Made by a program: the position numbers and the translations under genes
NCBI RefSeq assembly: GCF_006345805.1
Contig: NC_043000.1
Coordinates: forward strand, 82,212,001-82,276,000
Length of the DNA: 64,000 bases
Origin: Octopus sinensis
Lineage: Eukaryota
Direction of reading: 5' to 3'
Shown here: positions 26,180-38,894 of the stretch, piece after piece
Position numbering within the stretch: the stretch's first letter is position 1
How the letters are laid out: the number at the start of each line of letters is the position of its first letter
Notes under the pieces: model-generated
Databases searched by the model: none
Told to the model about the DNA's origin: nothing
What the model saw: only the letters and a program-made list of their open reading frames with translations

Positions 26180-26330
26180 CGGTTCGATCTCCGTCATTCG
26201 ATGATGAAGGCTCATTTATTCGGTCAACTGAATTATTTATTCTTGAATTGAAGTGTAAGTGGCTGAGTATCCCATGCCCGTGTACCCTCAACTTAACTCT
26301 GAAACAGAATTCAGTGTGACACAGTGCATG
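26180..26330 (-). mobile_element. SINE family D, diverged 3' part
   Basis: Similar to 47535-47706 (AAGTGGCTGAGTA..ATTCAGTGTGACACAG). Confidence 0.55.
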
Positions 26331-27590
26331 ATACTGTATGAAAAAACAAAGGAGTGAAGCTTGAAATATTGCCCCACCCCCACTCGCCCATTTTCTTTTT
26401 TCTTTCCTCGTTAAATTCCCGCCTAGTCGTAATCTACGCCACCCGAAAGGTATTTGCAGAAAATTTCATTTAAAAATTAGCAGCTTTTCTAAAGGTAATG
26501 AGGAAACAAGGCAAACTCGTGCGAATTATCCAAAACTCTCCATTCCGAAAACGTTTATCAAAAATAATTACGATGTAATCGTAATTTTCAAAAACTGAAA
26601 CGTATATGTAGACATTTTCGTGAAATGCATCCATATTTCATAAAGATATGAGGAAACAAAATCAGCCATAATAAAATTTTTGTAATTATTGAATGAGTGA
26701 ATACTAATAGGCGATTAAAGGATACAAAGGAAAATTAGACATAACACGTAAAAGAAATTACTGAAATTGGGAATCAAATATGTAAATTCCATTTAGCGAG
26801 TAGCAGGAAACCGCCTGGAGGGCAGTCTGCTAATATATATTTATATATATATAACCAAAGTAAAAATACCGTGACAACGATGTCTGGCTACATTGAGCCT
26901 ATGTTCAGACTTGTATGTTTATTAAGAGTACATCCAGCCCTCTCTGTAATTAGATCTTCGTTCCCTCAGTAGGAATAAACGAACAGACACTACCGGCAAT
27001 ACGCTAGTAACTAATCAAAATTAGTTGAGCTCCTCTTAGATTCGTCCTGCAGAGAAGCCTCTGGTTTGATCACGACGTGTATTGACATAACTATACTGAA
27101 TGTTTGTTTATTAACTATAAATATATGGTGTTAGGCACAGTTTTTACGTACACGCGCAAACACATGTACACACACATACATCATGTATTTGTATATGAAT
27201 ATTTTAATTATATATATATGTACATGTGTGTTCGTGGTTATGTGTATACATGTGTACGTATGTATATGTATATATGAGTATATATGTATATATATGGATG
27301 TATATCACTGTAGAGATGTATATATATATATATATATAAATATACATATATATACACATGTGTGTGTATGTGTGTGTGTATGTTTCATAGCTTGCGAATC
27401 TTCCGTGTATACATTCATATACATACATACATATATACATACATATAAGAATTATGTATAACAAGGGTACTATTGATGCACCAGCTCTGCTAGAAATATG
27501 AGTCTAAGTACTCCGAAGCCACAAAAATTAACACAGACATGGTTGGAAAAAGACTAAGTGAATGAGGATTGCAAGGAGGAATGCCAGTTA

Positions 27591-27649
27591 ACCTGATATC
27601 ATGATTTCGAATTTAGCGCCAAAAGACACTTGATTTTCTTCAGCCAAGT
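27591..27649 (-). ncRNA. Type I hammerhead ribozyme motif
   Basis: Minus strand: ACTTGG-CTGAAGA-AAAT..ATTC-GAAA-TCATGA-TA-TCAGGT; 6-bp helix I (two G-U), palindromic helix III ATCATGAT, AUA site; mismatch at the first helix II pair. Confidence 0.72.
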
Positions 27650-27788
27650 CTACTAGTAACAAACCCATATGCTAATGCCTGTATTCGTTTCAATGCCCAA
27701 GCTGCATTGAGAAAAACGAACTAAGTGAATAAAATTTCTTTAAAAATATATAAAGAACATTAATACTCATTACTCATATATATATATA

Positions 27789-28261
27789 TATATAAATACA
27801 TTAAAAGGCCTCCAAATAAAGAAGCGAATGCTAGATACACAAAAAGGGGATAAATTCATGAAATGGAATGAAATTCAAAAACGTTTACCATCTCAGCTAA
27901 TCCTGTACTGCAGTTTCATCTTTTTTTTTAGCAAATGAATAGAATTTTACCGGCATCCTCTCTGTTCGCCGGGTATAATTTGCGTCTGCGCACTGGTCTG
28001 AAAAGTTAGAGTATACAGATCGTTGGATTTGCACGTACTTCCAACGGTATGTACAGCTCGGATTATAAAGGCTTCCTGCTGACGATTCTGGCCTTGGCAG
28101 ATAAATTCTATTCATTTGCAAAAAAAAAAAGATGAAACTGCAGTACAGGATTAGCTGAGAGAATAAACGTTTTTGATTTCCATTCCATTTCATGAATTTA
28201 CCCCCATTTTGTGTATCTAGCACTCGCTTCTTTATTTGGAGGCTTTTAATGTATTTATATA
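27789..28261 (+). mobile_element. HHR-bearing fold-back element (Penelope pLTR / retrozyme-like)
   Basis: Inverted arms 27789-27947 and 28103-28261 (~159 bp), 155-bp spacer, (TA)n at the left end. Confidence 0.8.
28074..28150 (+). ncRNA. Type I hammerhead ribozyme motif
   Basis: TCCTG-CTGACGA-TTCT..AGAT-GAAA-CTGCAG-TA-CAGGA; helix I 5 bp, palindrome ACTGCAGT, GUA site (cut after 28145); mismatch at the first helix II pair. Confidence 0.8.
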
Positions 28262-28370
28262 TGAATAACGCATAGTCTAATGACTAATTCGTCTTTTGTG
28301 CTGGGTCACTGGTGATAATTATTTAGTTTTATTACCCTATTTACTATGTTTTTATATACATATATATATA

Positions 28371-28437
28371 TCACGTGATCACGTGACCGACCAGACCATC
28401 AGATGTTGCAAGACATCGCTGGTATATATATATAATT

Positions 28438-28498
<61 letters not shown>

Positions 28499-28573
28499 TA
28501 TATATATATTATATATATATACCAGCGATGTGTTGCAATATCTGATGGTCTGGTCGGTCACGTGATCACGTGA
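28371..28573. repeat. 52-bp inverted repeat enclosing a (TA)n tract
   Basis: TCACGTGATCACGTGACCGACCAGACCATCAGAT..CATCGCTGG (28371-28422) is inverted at 28522-28573. Confidence 0.9.
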
Positions 28574-28575
28574 TA

Positions 28576-28675
<100 letters not shown>

Positions 28676-28707
28676 ATAGATATATATATATATATAGATA
28701 GATAGAT

Positions 28708-28820
<113 letters not shown>

Positions 28821-28854
28821 TTCGGAACGTGAAACCGTTAATCCAGATACATTT

Positions 28855-29005
28855 TTCCTCTCTCCGTTGTCTGTCTTCATTCCTTTCTGTCAAAGAACGT
28901 AGGCGCGAAACATCGAAGACTTTACCATTTTTGGGGCGTTGAAATCATACACTGCATTTGTTGTTGCCTCACCTGTCTTTGTCTTTTGTTTTTGTACATT
29001 GAACC
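28855..29005 (+). mobile_element. Second, diverged copy of the 3356-3525 repeat
   Basis: CCTTTCTGTCAAAGAACGTAGGCGCGAAAC..AAGACTTT..CACCTGTCTTTGTCTTTTGTTTT. Confidence 0.65.
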
Positions 29006-29559
29006 CTTCATATATATAAGCTGTGATCCAGCATAGTCACAATCTTTAGACTGACATATATAAAGAAATATTTATATTTATATGTTCACACACACCTACA
29101 TATATTCGGGTATAAGAGCACATCCGTACTCTACGCACAATTCATTGCAATTTGTATTAGTGAAGTACTTTTCTTAAAGAGTGTGAATTATTTCGGTACT
29201 ATGTCACAAGTACTCTGATAAGTAATAAATGATTAGAGTTCAATACTGGTACACAGTATCAAGAGAAAGCGTGGTCTTCTCTCACAGCAAGCCTACATCT
29301 AAACATCGATCAGTTTCGAGGACTGTGCATTTTATCAGGCGAAGTAAAATGACAGAATCCCTTTTTCACTAGTATTAACATGAGGTTGAGTACACAACTT
29401 TTCGGAACGGACAACTGTACGGAAAACTTTTATATCCAGCCAGAGAAAACTGCCTCAAGACAAAACAAACTGAAAGAGTAATGATTATAGTATATTATTC
29501 TTATAAATAATGAATTATTTTGAGGCTGAGACTATTAGATTATGAGACTATAGAGGGAA

Positions 29560-29880
29560 AAAATACGCTGAAAGAATTAACTTCTCCAACATTGGCAGAT
29601 TGTATGACGTTTGTATGAAAGTGTGATGTTCGCACGGTAGTGAAATGGGAGCCTTTAATACGGCAGTGGTATTGCGATAGCTGCATATAAAGAAACGAGA
29701 CGAGCATGGTCTATAGGATTATGAAAGTTAGAGTCCATGGACAACAGGGCACAAATTAGATGAGAAAGAAGAGAGATATAAGGGGAATTACATGCTGCGT
29801 ACAAGAAAGAAAACTTCGTTGGTGTTGTCTTGTGGTACTTATGGAGGCTAGCAGCTGTTTAAAGAGGTGCCGAGTGCTTG
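29560..29880 (+). pseudogene. RTE LINE ORF fragment
   Basis: Translates in pieces to HGSE..RNETSMV..IRGITCCVQERKLRW..V.LME, matching RTE YGSExW..RLRWxGHVxRM. Confidence 0.6.
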
Positions 29881-31047
29881 AAATTGTTGGAACTTGGTGG
29901 TAATGGTGGTGGTGGTGGTGGTGGTGGTGGTGGCGGTGGTGGTGGCGGTGGCGGTGGCGGTGGCGTTTGTGGTGGGAAAGACTCTTACTGGCGGAAGCAT
30001 GGTGTAACAGTTGTTAAAATAATGGTGGAGACAATGGCGATTGGGATGTGTCTCAGCTCTATCTCCCGCCCCTTAAATTCTTTCTAAATTTCTAACTACT
30101 ACCTTCTTTGTTGCCCTCTCATCTGTCACCCACTCTCTATTGTAGCCTGCCATTTCTCTATCAAGGGATAGCGTTTAATCTGCTTACATACAGTCCTCAC
30201 CACCAACACACATTATTAATCTTCCTCTTCTCCGTCATCATCCCTTTATCATTCTACCGTTCTTTCCTCACAGTACTCATGTAACAAGGGTTAATATCGG
30301 ATATATCCACATCCAGCAGTCCCTGCTGTCATCCTTCTCTGCCAGTAGTTATGCCACGTTTTATTGACCTCTGCTGTTCTTACCACAGATTATTTCTATT
30401 TCCATCCCTCACTCAGTCTGTTACTACGATCCGTCCTTGCTGCTATACATATACGCAGACCACACTATTTTCTATTCAATCTCTTTACCAATAACCGTCA
30501 TGTATCTGCCACATTGTCTCTTCTTCCCCTAACATACAATCATATTGCACTTACTCTCTCTCACCCTCTCTCTCTCTCTCTCTCTCTCCCTCTCTCTACC
30601 TTTACTCTCGTTATTCTCTCCTATTCACACTCTCAACCATACTTGCTTCGAAAGATTGGAAACAACGCAGTGAGGTCTGTTTAGTTTTGAAGAGAGTGCC
30701 ACGTTAAAACAATGAACGAAGTACCCTCTGTAGAATGGTTGGCGAATAGACGGTGACAACATTAAATAGTGAGGGCTGTTAAGAAACTGCCAATGTCTCT
30801 TATATTAGTACCACGTTAAAATGTATCCAGTGCACACTGTAACGTTGATATAGCATTAAAAATGGGATCCATTTGCAGAAACTATTCCAAAACTGGAACA
30901 CACAAGATACTTATTGTCCTCCGATCCATACAGGTGCGTAGCAACTAAATAGGAACTGACTAAACACGTGACAACTCGTCCAAACCTTGCCAACATGGTA
31001 AGCGAATGGTGGTGGTGGTAATGATGATGATGATGATAATGATGATT

Positions 31048-31079
<32 letters not shown>

Positions 31080-31542
31080 GGTGGTGATGATGATGATGAT
31101 GATGATGATGATAGTGTTGACGTATATTTATATGTGTATGTGTGTGTGTGTGTAAGACGGTATGTGTGAGCGTGGGTTTCTTTGATGATCATTGTGATGC
31201 ATTAGAACGTAACTGCAATAAACAACATGCATACACACAGAGACATACACTGACACACACACACACACAGTGACATACAGATACACAGGTACACACGCAC
31301 ACGCATACTCAAACACTCACACGCACACACACCACACACACGCAAACACATACACAAAACATACAACATATATATAAACTTTAAGACGATGTGTGTATGC
31401 AGTTTACGCTGATGTAATCTCCATTAATACATCCACAGTACATATATAATCAACACAATACACTCACGCGCATAAATATTTGAACATATATGTGTCTCTA
31501 TGTATACATATATACACACACACACACACATATATATATGTA

Positions 31543-31623
<81 letters not shown>

Positions 31624-31934
31624 GCATGCATAATTTTCTCTTGAGTTTTTTTTAAATTCTTCTTATGAGAGTTCAAGCTGATCACTAACAAAGCGATAAA
31701 ACTTTTTAAGTTAAGAGAGTTCCCGGGGTTTGTAAATATATAGACAAGCTTCGGTATTGAGTGAGCTGTCGATACATACAGCCAAGTGTGTGCATCTGTT
31801 CACATAATCTCAGATGGTTAATTTTGGGAATGTCATGCAAATCTTCATGTATGTATATATGTATGTATATGTATATATGTATATGTATATATGTATGCAT
31901 ATGAATATGTATATATATATATAAATTTATCTGC

Positions 31935-32003
<69 letters not shown>

Positions 32004-32438
32004 ATCTATAATATATTATGTGTGGTGTGTGTGTGTGTGTTGTGTTGTGTGTATGTATGTATATGTGTGAGTATATATGCATGTATGTGTGTATGTGTAT
32101 ATATATATATATATGTATATATATGTATATGTGTGAGTGTATATGCATGTATGTGAGTGCGTACCCACACGCACTCGAGACATGTGTATATTGCTGTTTA
32201 CTTTTGATGTAATCTTTCGTTAATATATCAACAACAAATATATAATAATAAACATAACAACAACTTTTCAAGTATTGTCAACTTCAAACTGGAATAGTCC
32301 GTATAATTAGATTCAACTAAAAGTCAATTATATTTAATTCAATTATTACAATTTGTTTAAGTATTTACATACATTTCTTAAGGATGTTCTCCATTGTCTC
32401 ATTTAATAGATGTTAAATACGGATTGCAGAGAGAAAGG

Positions 32439-32473
<35 letters not shown>

Positions 32474-33344
32474 TAGAAAGAGTAAGACTGAGATGGGAGA
32501 GGGTAATTAGTAAAAGTTTGTTGGTGAAAGGGGGAAAGAGAGAGGGAGTTGTGTAGCGAGTGGGGGAGAACATGTGTGTGTATGTGTGTATGTGTGTATA
32601 TGTATTTGTGTGTGTGTGTGTGTGTTATTGCTAAGGGTTGTAAAATCAGAATTGTAAATGCGTTGCGGCAAAACACACACAAGCGTTCATACACACTTAT
32701 GCACACTTGCACACACGAATACACGCATATACACATATACATACATGCACATATTACATGAATGTGTATGTGTGTGTGTGTGTGTGAGTGAGTGTGCGTA
32801 TGCATGTGCGCACGCGCTTGTGGAACATTTTTTGTTTTCATCGTTTGATATGCATATATGTAGTATGTATATTTGGGTATATATGTGTGTGTAAGTGTGT
32901 GTTTGCGTGTGTATATACAATACATGCATATACACCTACCATACACACACACATATACAAACAGACAAATAGATAGATAATTAGATATGTGGTAAATAGA
33001 TGTGTTTGTGTGTGTGTTTGTGTGTGTCTGTGTGTGTGTGTGTGTGCGTGTTAATGTTTGTTTTTAGATCGGGTTATATATAAAATAATCTGACATTAAC
33101 TTATTATTACTTTTAGTGGTGCATATGTCTATTAAACCATTACAAAGTGAATGGTAATAGTAACTTCGAAGTCTTTCTCTGTATTTCGTGAGTGTATGTT
33201 AAGAAGTTTCCGAACGACATGGTTCAGAACCACTTGGGCAAGTGTCCTCCACTAGCCTCAGGCCAACCAAATCTGTGTGGGTAAATTTACTAGACGGAAA
33301 CTGGAAGAAACCCATTGTATAGACCACTTTCAGTCAGTGTGTGC

Positions 33345-33396
<52 letters not shown>

Positions 33397-33417
33397 TATA
33401 TATCTCTCTCTCTCTTT

Positions 33418-33738
33418 CTCTTTTCTCTTTTACTTGTTTCAGTCATTTGACTGCGGCCATGCTGGAGCACCGCCTTTAATCGAGCAACTCGACCCCGGGA
33501 CTTATACTTTTGTAAGCCCAGTACTTATTCTATCGGTCTCTTTTGCCGAACCACTAAGTGACGGGGACGTAAACACACCAGCATCGGTTGTCAAGCAATG
33601 CTAGGGGGACAAACACAGACACACAAACGCATATATTTATATATACGACGGGCTTCTTTCAGTTTCTGTCTACCAAATCCACTCACAAGGCTTTGGTCGG
33701 CCCGAGGCTATAGTAGAAGACACTTGCCCAAGGTGCCA
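33418..33738 (-). mobile_element. SINE family A, 5'-truncated
   Basis: Reverse complement of the 6281-6702 body and tail; a diverged + strand head fragment lies at ~33195-33320. Confidence 0.85.
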
Positions 33739-33755
33739 TATATATATATATATAT

Positions 33756-33786
<31 letters not shown>

Positions 33787-33787
33787 C

Positions 33788-34493
33788 ATACATAAAAGTA
33801 AATAAATGGCACAACGAAGTACCGATATTTACTGGAAATAGCGACGTAATAAATACGACGCTAATGTATAGCTTCACTGCGTATGTACTAGCAAAAATGC
33901 GTGTGTGCAACATACGCAGTGAAGCTATACATTAGCGTCGTATTTATTACGTTCGCTATTTTCCAGTAAATATCGGTACTTCGTTGTGCCATTTATTTAC
34001 TTTTATGTATAATTTTACCCTCATGGGCTATCCTTTACTGGAAAGCAATACTTTCGTATTGCATTACTATTTTCATAGAAACTTCTTCACTGTTCTCGTT
34101 CTGTCAACGTTTTGGCGTCCAGTCGAGTGTATTGGCATGGATGTGGCAACATTTGAAATATTGTCGAGGTATATGTGGCTGATGAAGATAAATCAAATAT
34201 ATGTGGGCAGACATATTTTGAAGAATCTGAAACCGGTACCACATTATCCCTTTCTAGGTATTTCATTTTTCAGATGTTCTTCCTAGAGGTAAGACAATTT
34301 TTTTCATATTTGTTGCACACACGCATTTTTGCTAGTACATACGCAATGAAGCTATACATTAGCGTCGTATTTATTACGTTCGCTATTTTCCAGTAAATAT
34401 CGGTACTTCGTTGTGCCATTTATTTACTTTTATGTATAATTTTACCCTCACGGGCTATCCTTTAATGGAAAGCAATACTCTCGTATTGCATTA

Positions 34494-34499
<6 letters not shown>
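33788..34499 (+). mobile_element. HHR-bearing 427-bp unit as a partial tandem with 5' inversion, inserted in (TA)n
   Basis: 33910-34072 is directly repeated at 34337-34499 (period 427); 33788-33912 is an inverted copy of the unit; (TA)n on both sides. Confidence 0.9.
34173..34244 (+). ncRNA. Canonical type I hammerhead ribozyme
   Basis: ATGTGG-CTGATGA-AGAT-(hairpin loop)-ATCT-GAAA-CCGG-TA-CCACAT: perfect 6-bp helix I, 4-bp helix II, full core, palindrome ACCGGT, GUA site (cut after 34238). Confidence 0.92.
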
Positions 34500-34538
<39 letters not shown>

Positions 34539-34941
34539 AGCTCAAAAGCCGTACTCCGTGCGGACTTTTAGGCTACCTCTTGCGGAGAGCTAATTGGGCC
34601 TGCGGCTCAAAACTAATGAAAGCAATAATAATAAAGCAGTATTCGTACTTTTCCAAAATGGTACTACTTTAAATGAAAAACATAGGACATACATATACGA
34701 TCCTGTCGTGTTGATCCACTATGCCTTTACAACAAATACCCTGCTATTGTTGAACATTTCATTCAATTTTTTGTATTATTTGTGAACGTTTTTCTCATAT
34801 TTAGTGAGAAAGGTATCACTTATAGTAAATTGGTTAAAATGCTTATTCTTTAGTGATAGTACGAAACTATATTTATAGGCATATTTGTTTGTGGGCTTGG
34901 TTACGTTACATAGAAATTATATTTATAGTCATATGTATTAT

Positions 34942-35803
34942 TATTGGGTTGTTCGGAAAATACTGTCCAATTTTTCAAAATCATTTTTTAAAATTCGATT
35001 TAAGATGTTATTTATGAGGTATTTCAGACGAAATTTTACGTGCTTAATAACTGATGTGTACTCTTTAATAAATTTTTATTGATTTCTTTTAGAATGTAAT
35101 TTTGAAGCGTAGAAATCCTTAAGTTCCTGGAGGAAAAAAAATGCGTTTACTTTTTTGCATGAAAGCTTGGACATAATGCTTCTCAAACAGCCACCAATAT
35201 CACAGAGCATGTGATGAAGGATCCACTAGTGACTAGACGGTACGACGGTGGTTTGAGAGATTCTGTAGTGGGGATGAGAGCCTTGAAGATTGAGAAGGTA
35301 GAGGACGTCCATCTACCCTTGATGATAAGAATTTGAAAGATATACAGCTTTCTGGAACCTAACCGGAACATTACATCGAAAGTTTATTGTGAGCAACTGA
35401 AAGAAATGCATGTTTACTGGAGCATAATGAGACCTGCACTCGTTAACCGACCTGATCCAATTCTGCTCCACGACAATGATCGACTGCACGTTTCCAGGAT
35501 GACACTGCAGAAACTCACAGACTTGGGATACGAGACTTTACCACAACTTCCATATTCTCCTTGTCTTTCACCCACTGACTACCGCTTTTTCATGCATCTA
35601 GACAATGTTTTAAAACCGAGGTCGAAACTGAATTCAAGGATTTCTTGGCATCAAAACCATTGGATTTTTATCGAAGAGGCATAAATGACCTTGTTAATCG
35701 ATGGGAGAAATGCATAGCTGCTCAGGGATCATATTTTGAATAATTAAACATTTGTATAAGTTCAGTTTCTCAAGAACATAGGCTTATTTTTAAAATCGGA
35801 CAT
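34942..35803 (+). mobile_element. Decayed mariner transposon
   Basis: TIR-like TATTGGGTTGTTCGGAAA; translation LLHDNDRLH..LPYSPCLSPTDYRFF (HDNA and YSPDLAPxD motifs); internally deleted. Confidence 0.85.
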
Positions 35804-35894
35804 CAGGAACATGTACCATATAAATCCAGCCTTTAAGTGGAACAGTAAAAATGTATAAGACTTTTCTATGTAACGCTTTAGTGTTGATATTCGA

Positions 35895-36400
35895 GTGAGA
35901 TATTTAAACATAATAGACCTGACATGATAATTTTGGATAGAGAAGAGAAACTATGTACAGTTGTGTAAATCAGCTGCCCAGCAGATGTTAACATAAAGCT
36001 AAAGATTAGCGAAAAAGAAAATACCTACGCTGAACTATTGAGGAATCTACAGCTGCTCTATCGAGAATACGAATCCAGGTTTATACCTGTAATTATGGGG
36101 GTACTGGGATATGTAACACACTGCCTAAATGCCAGTCTTGAAAAATTAGGATTCTTAAAACCAGAAAGGAGAAAGCTGATTCGAAGGCTACAGATCCAAG
36201 ACATCATTGAAACAATAAAAATCTGGAAAACTTTCCAGAAGTTTATCATTTAAGTATATATGAGCATGTCTAGACATGCCACTATATGCATGAGGATACA
36301 TACATAACGCATACAAATCTGCACACATGCACACACGCATACGCACACATACATACACACACATACATACATGCATGCATACATACATACATACATACAT
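35895..36400 (+). mobile_element. RLE non-LTR 3' end (second family) ending in (CATA)n
   Basis: KHNRPDMIILDRE..ISCPADVN..KENTY..FIPVIMGVLG; stop at ~36251, short UTR, then CATA repeats. Confidence 0.8.
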
Positions 36401-36407
36401 ACATACA

Positions 36408-37178
36408 TAAGGCTGATAACACCGTAAGACTTATAAGGCAGCTCCTTGAGCAACATTCTTTATCTGATAAACTAGAATACATGCCCAAAGAAGTCGCACG
36501 ACTCTACCGCAACGTATCATCAGATCAAAGAATAAGCCTCTATGAGCAGAAGATTATGCATGGATATGTTAGCAGAAAGCTCCGTGATGATAGTAACATC
36601 GATCATCAAAGCAGTTTATCATGACCAAAAGTCGGATTACTAACTCGCGCTTTGAAGAGTATGCGTTTGCAATCCAGGAACAGGAAATATTAACCAAGTA
36701 ACTGATACACAAAAGGGATAAGGATGCCGGAAAAGTAGTAAAATGTGACAACCGATGCAGACTTTATGGATTTAACACCGAAGATATCACCCACATCATA
36801 AGAAGTTGTCCGAAAATGTCATCACGCTATTATCTACCGATGAGACATGATGTTGTAACTAGCATACTTTATAACGAAATCCGTTGGAAGGATGACCTCA
36901 AGGACAAAGATATAAAAACGCACAGTATGGTAGAAGCCATAGACACACATAAAAAGGAGGACTGGTGCAACTGCCCAGCGGCTGTTAGCATAAAGCTGAA
37001 GATCAGCTATTGAGGAATCTGCAGTTACCCTATCCAGATTACAAGTTCAGATTATACCTGTAATTATTGGTGCACTTGGATATGTAACACACTGCCTAAA
37101 TACCAATCCTGAGAAAACTAGACTTCTGAAAACCAGAAAGGAGAAAATTAATTCGAAAATTACAGATCCAATCCATCA
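36408..37178 (+). mobile_element. RLE non-LTR fragment of the same family, bounded by (CATA)n
   Basis: MHGY, FAIQEQEI, CRL..EDITHIIRSC, MRHD; 36970-37178 is homologous to 35970-36205. Confidence 0.8.
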
Positions 37179-37792
37179 CATACATACATACATACATACA
37201 TGCATGCACACATACATACATACATACATACATACATACATACGTACATGCATACATACATACATACATACATACATGCATGCACACATACATACATACA
37301 TACATACATACATACATACGTACATGCATACATACATACATACATACATACAACATACATACTTACCATACATACATACATACATACATACATACATACA
37401 TACATACATACATGCTTGTTTTGTTTTACTTTGTTTTGTTTGCTCTTGTCCCTAATTCTCTCAAGAAAAAATTTTTTTGCGGGAACCGCCAATTAGGAAG
37501 CATTCAGTCTTATCATTAAATGTGTGAAACTGAATATTACCAATAACTGATGAAGAATTACGGATCTTCTGTTTGTCTCCCTTTCGCTTTTACATTCAGT
37601 ATACGTTACGTAGGTTGTTTATACATTTTTTCATTTATTAAATATACATATGTATGTATGTGTAGATATGTATGCATGTATGTTTGTATGAATATATGTA
37701 TGTATGTATGTATGTATGTGTGTGTTTGTATGTACGTATATATACACACACACATACATATACATGTATGTATGTGAATCTCACTCTCTCCT

Positions 37793-37837
<45 letters not shown>

Positions 37838-37853
37838 TTCATACATGTGTATG

Positions 37854-38063
37854 TACGAGGGAGTGCTGAAAGGTTCCTCGCTTTAAGGGATTCACAAAAA
37901 AGCCTGCTTAGATGCCCAACCTTACGAGTTCATTTACAGGGCTTAGAAAAACTGAAGGACCGCTGCAATGAGTGTAGAAATCTGAGAGAGGAATATGTTG
38001 AATAAAATCACAATTACTGATTCTCCTGTATTTTCTTTTACCCCAAACCAGGAAATTCTCTCG
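37854..38063 (+). mobile_element. Mariner-derived MITE
   Basis: TACGAGGGAGTGCTGAAAGGTTCC head; ..GAGAGGAATATGTTGAATAA..; homologous to 12095-12314. Confidence 0.8.
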
Positions 38064-38075
38064 TGTGTGTGTATG

Positions 38076-38120
<45 letters not shown>

Positions 38121-38159
38121 TATGGAGAGAGAGAGAGAGAGACCGAGAGCGAGAGAGAG

Positions 38160-38195
<36 letters not shown>

Positions 38196-38747
38196 AGTAC
38201 AGATGTATCAATTACCATGCAGTATAAAGTCTTGATTTATTAAAATTAACTCTATCTTTATATGTTGCGTTACCATTAACAAATGGTATTAACCAATCAA
38301 GAATTTCTGTTGTATAATATTTGATGTACCTGTATTTAGTCTGTGTTGCTTATTCTGAGTTTTTAGTTTCGCTTTTTTCTCTTAGTTCACTTATGTTCAA
38401 TACATGCAAAGTACCTTAGGCAATCAATGTGCTTTTCTCTTCGTGTATATGTCTATGTCATTTGGCCTGTAAGAGATACGTAAGAATTGTCGTGCTGATG
38501 TCGACACTTGAAGCAGAAACACGTGTCCTTTATCTTAATGGCATGTCAACTTCGGAGAAGATAGTATATCGATTTTACAGAAGAGATAAGCTCATGAATC
38601 AACAATGATCGACCCCTCTCATATGGCACTGGTGTCAATTGTCATTTAGTAATTGTGACACATCCTCTTGAAGGGAGATTAAATTCAATAAACAAGAATT
38701 TATGTTGTATGATATTTGGTTATTTCTCTTAGCTCATTTATGCGCAA

Positions 38748-38830
<83 letters not shown>

Positions 38831-38863
38831 CGTCTATTTATCTGTCTATTCACACACACACAC

Positions 38864-38894
<31 letters not shown>

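Noticed and set aside
33984-34593. Duplicated small ORFs starting MCHLFTFMYNF
   Set aside because: By-product of the 427-bp direct repeat; TTG starts and no protein motif.
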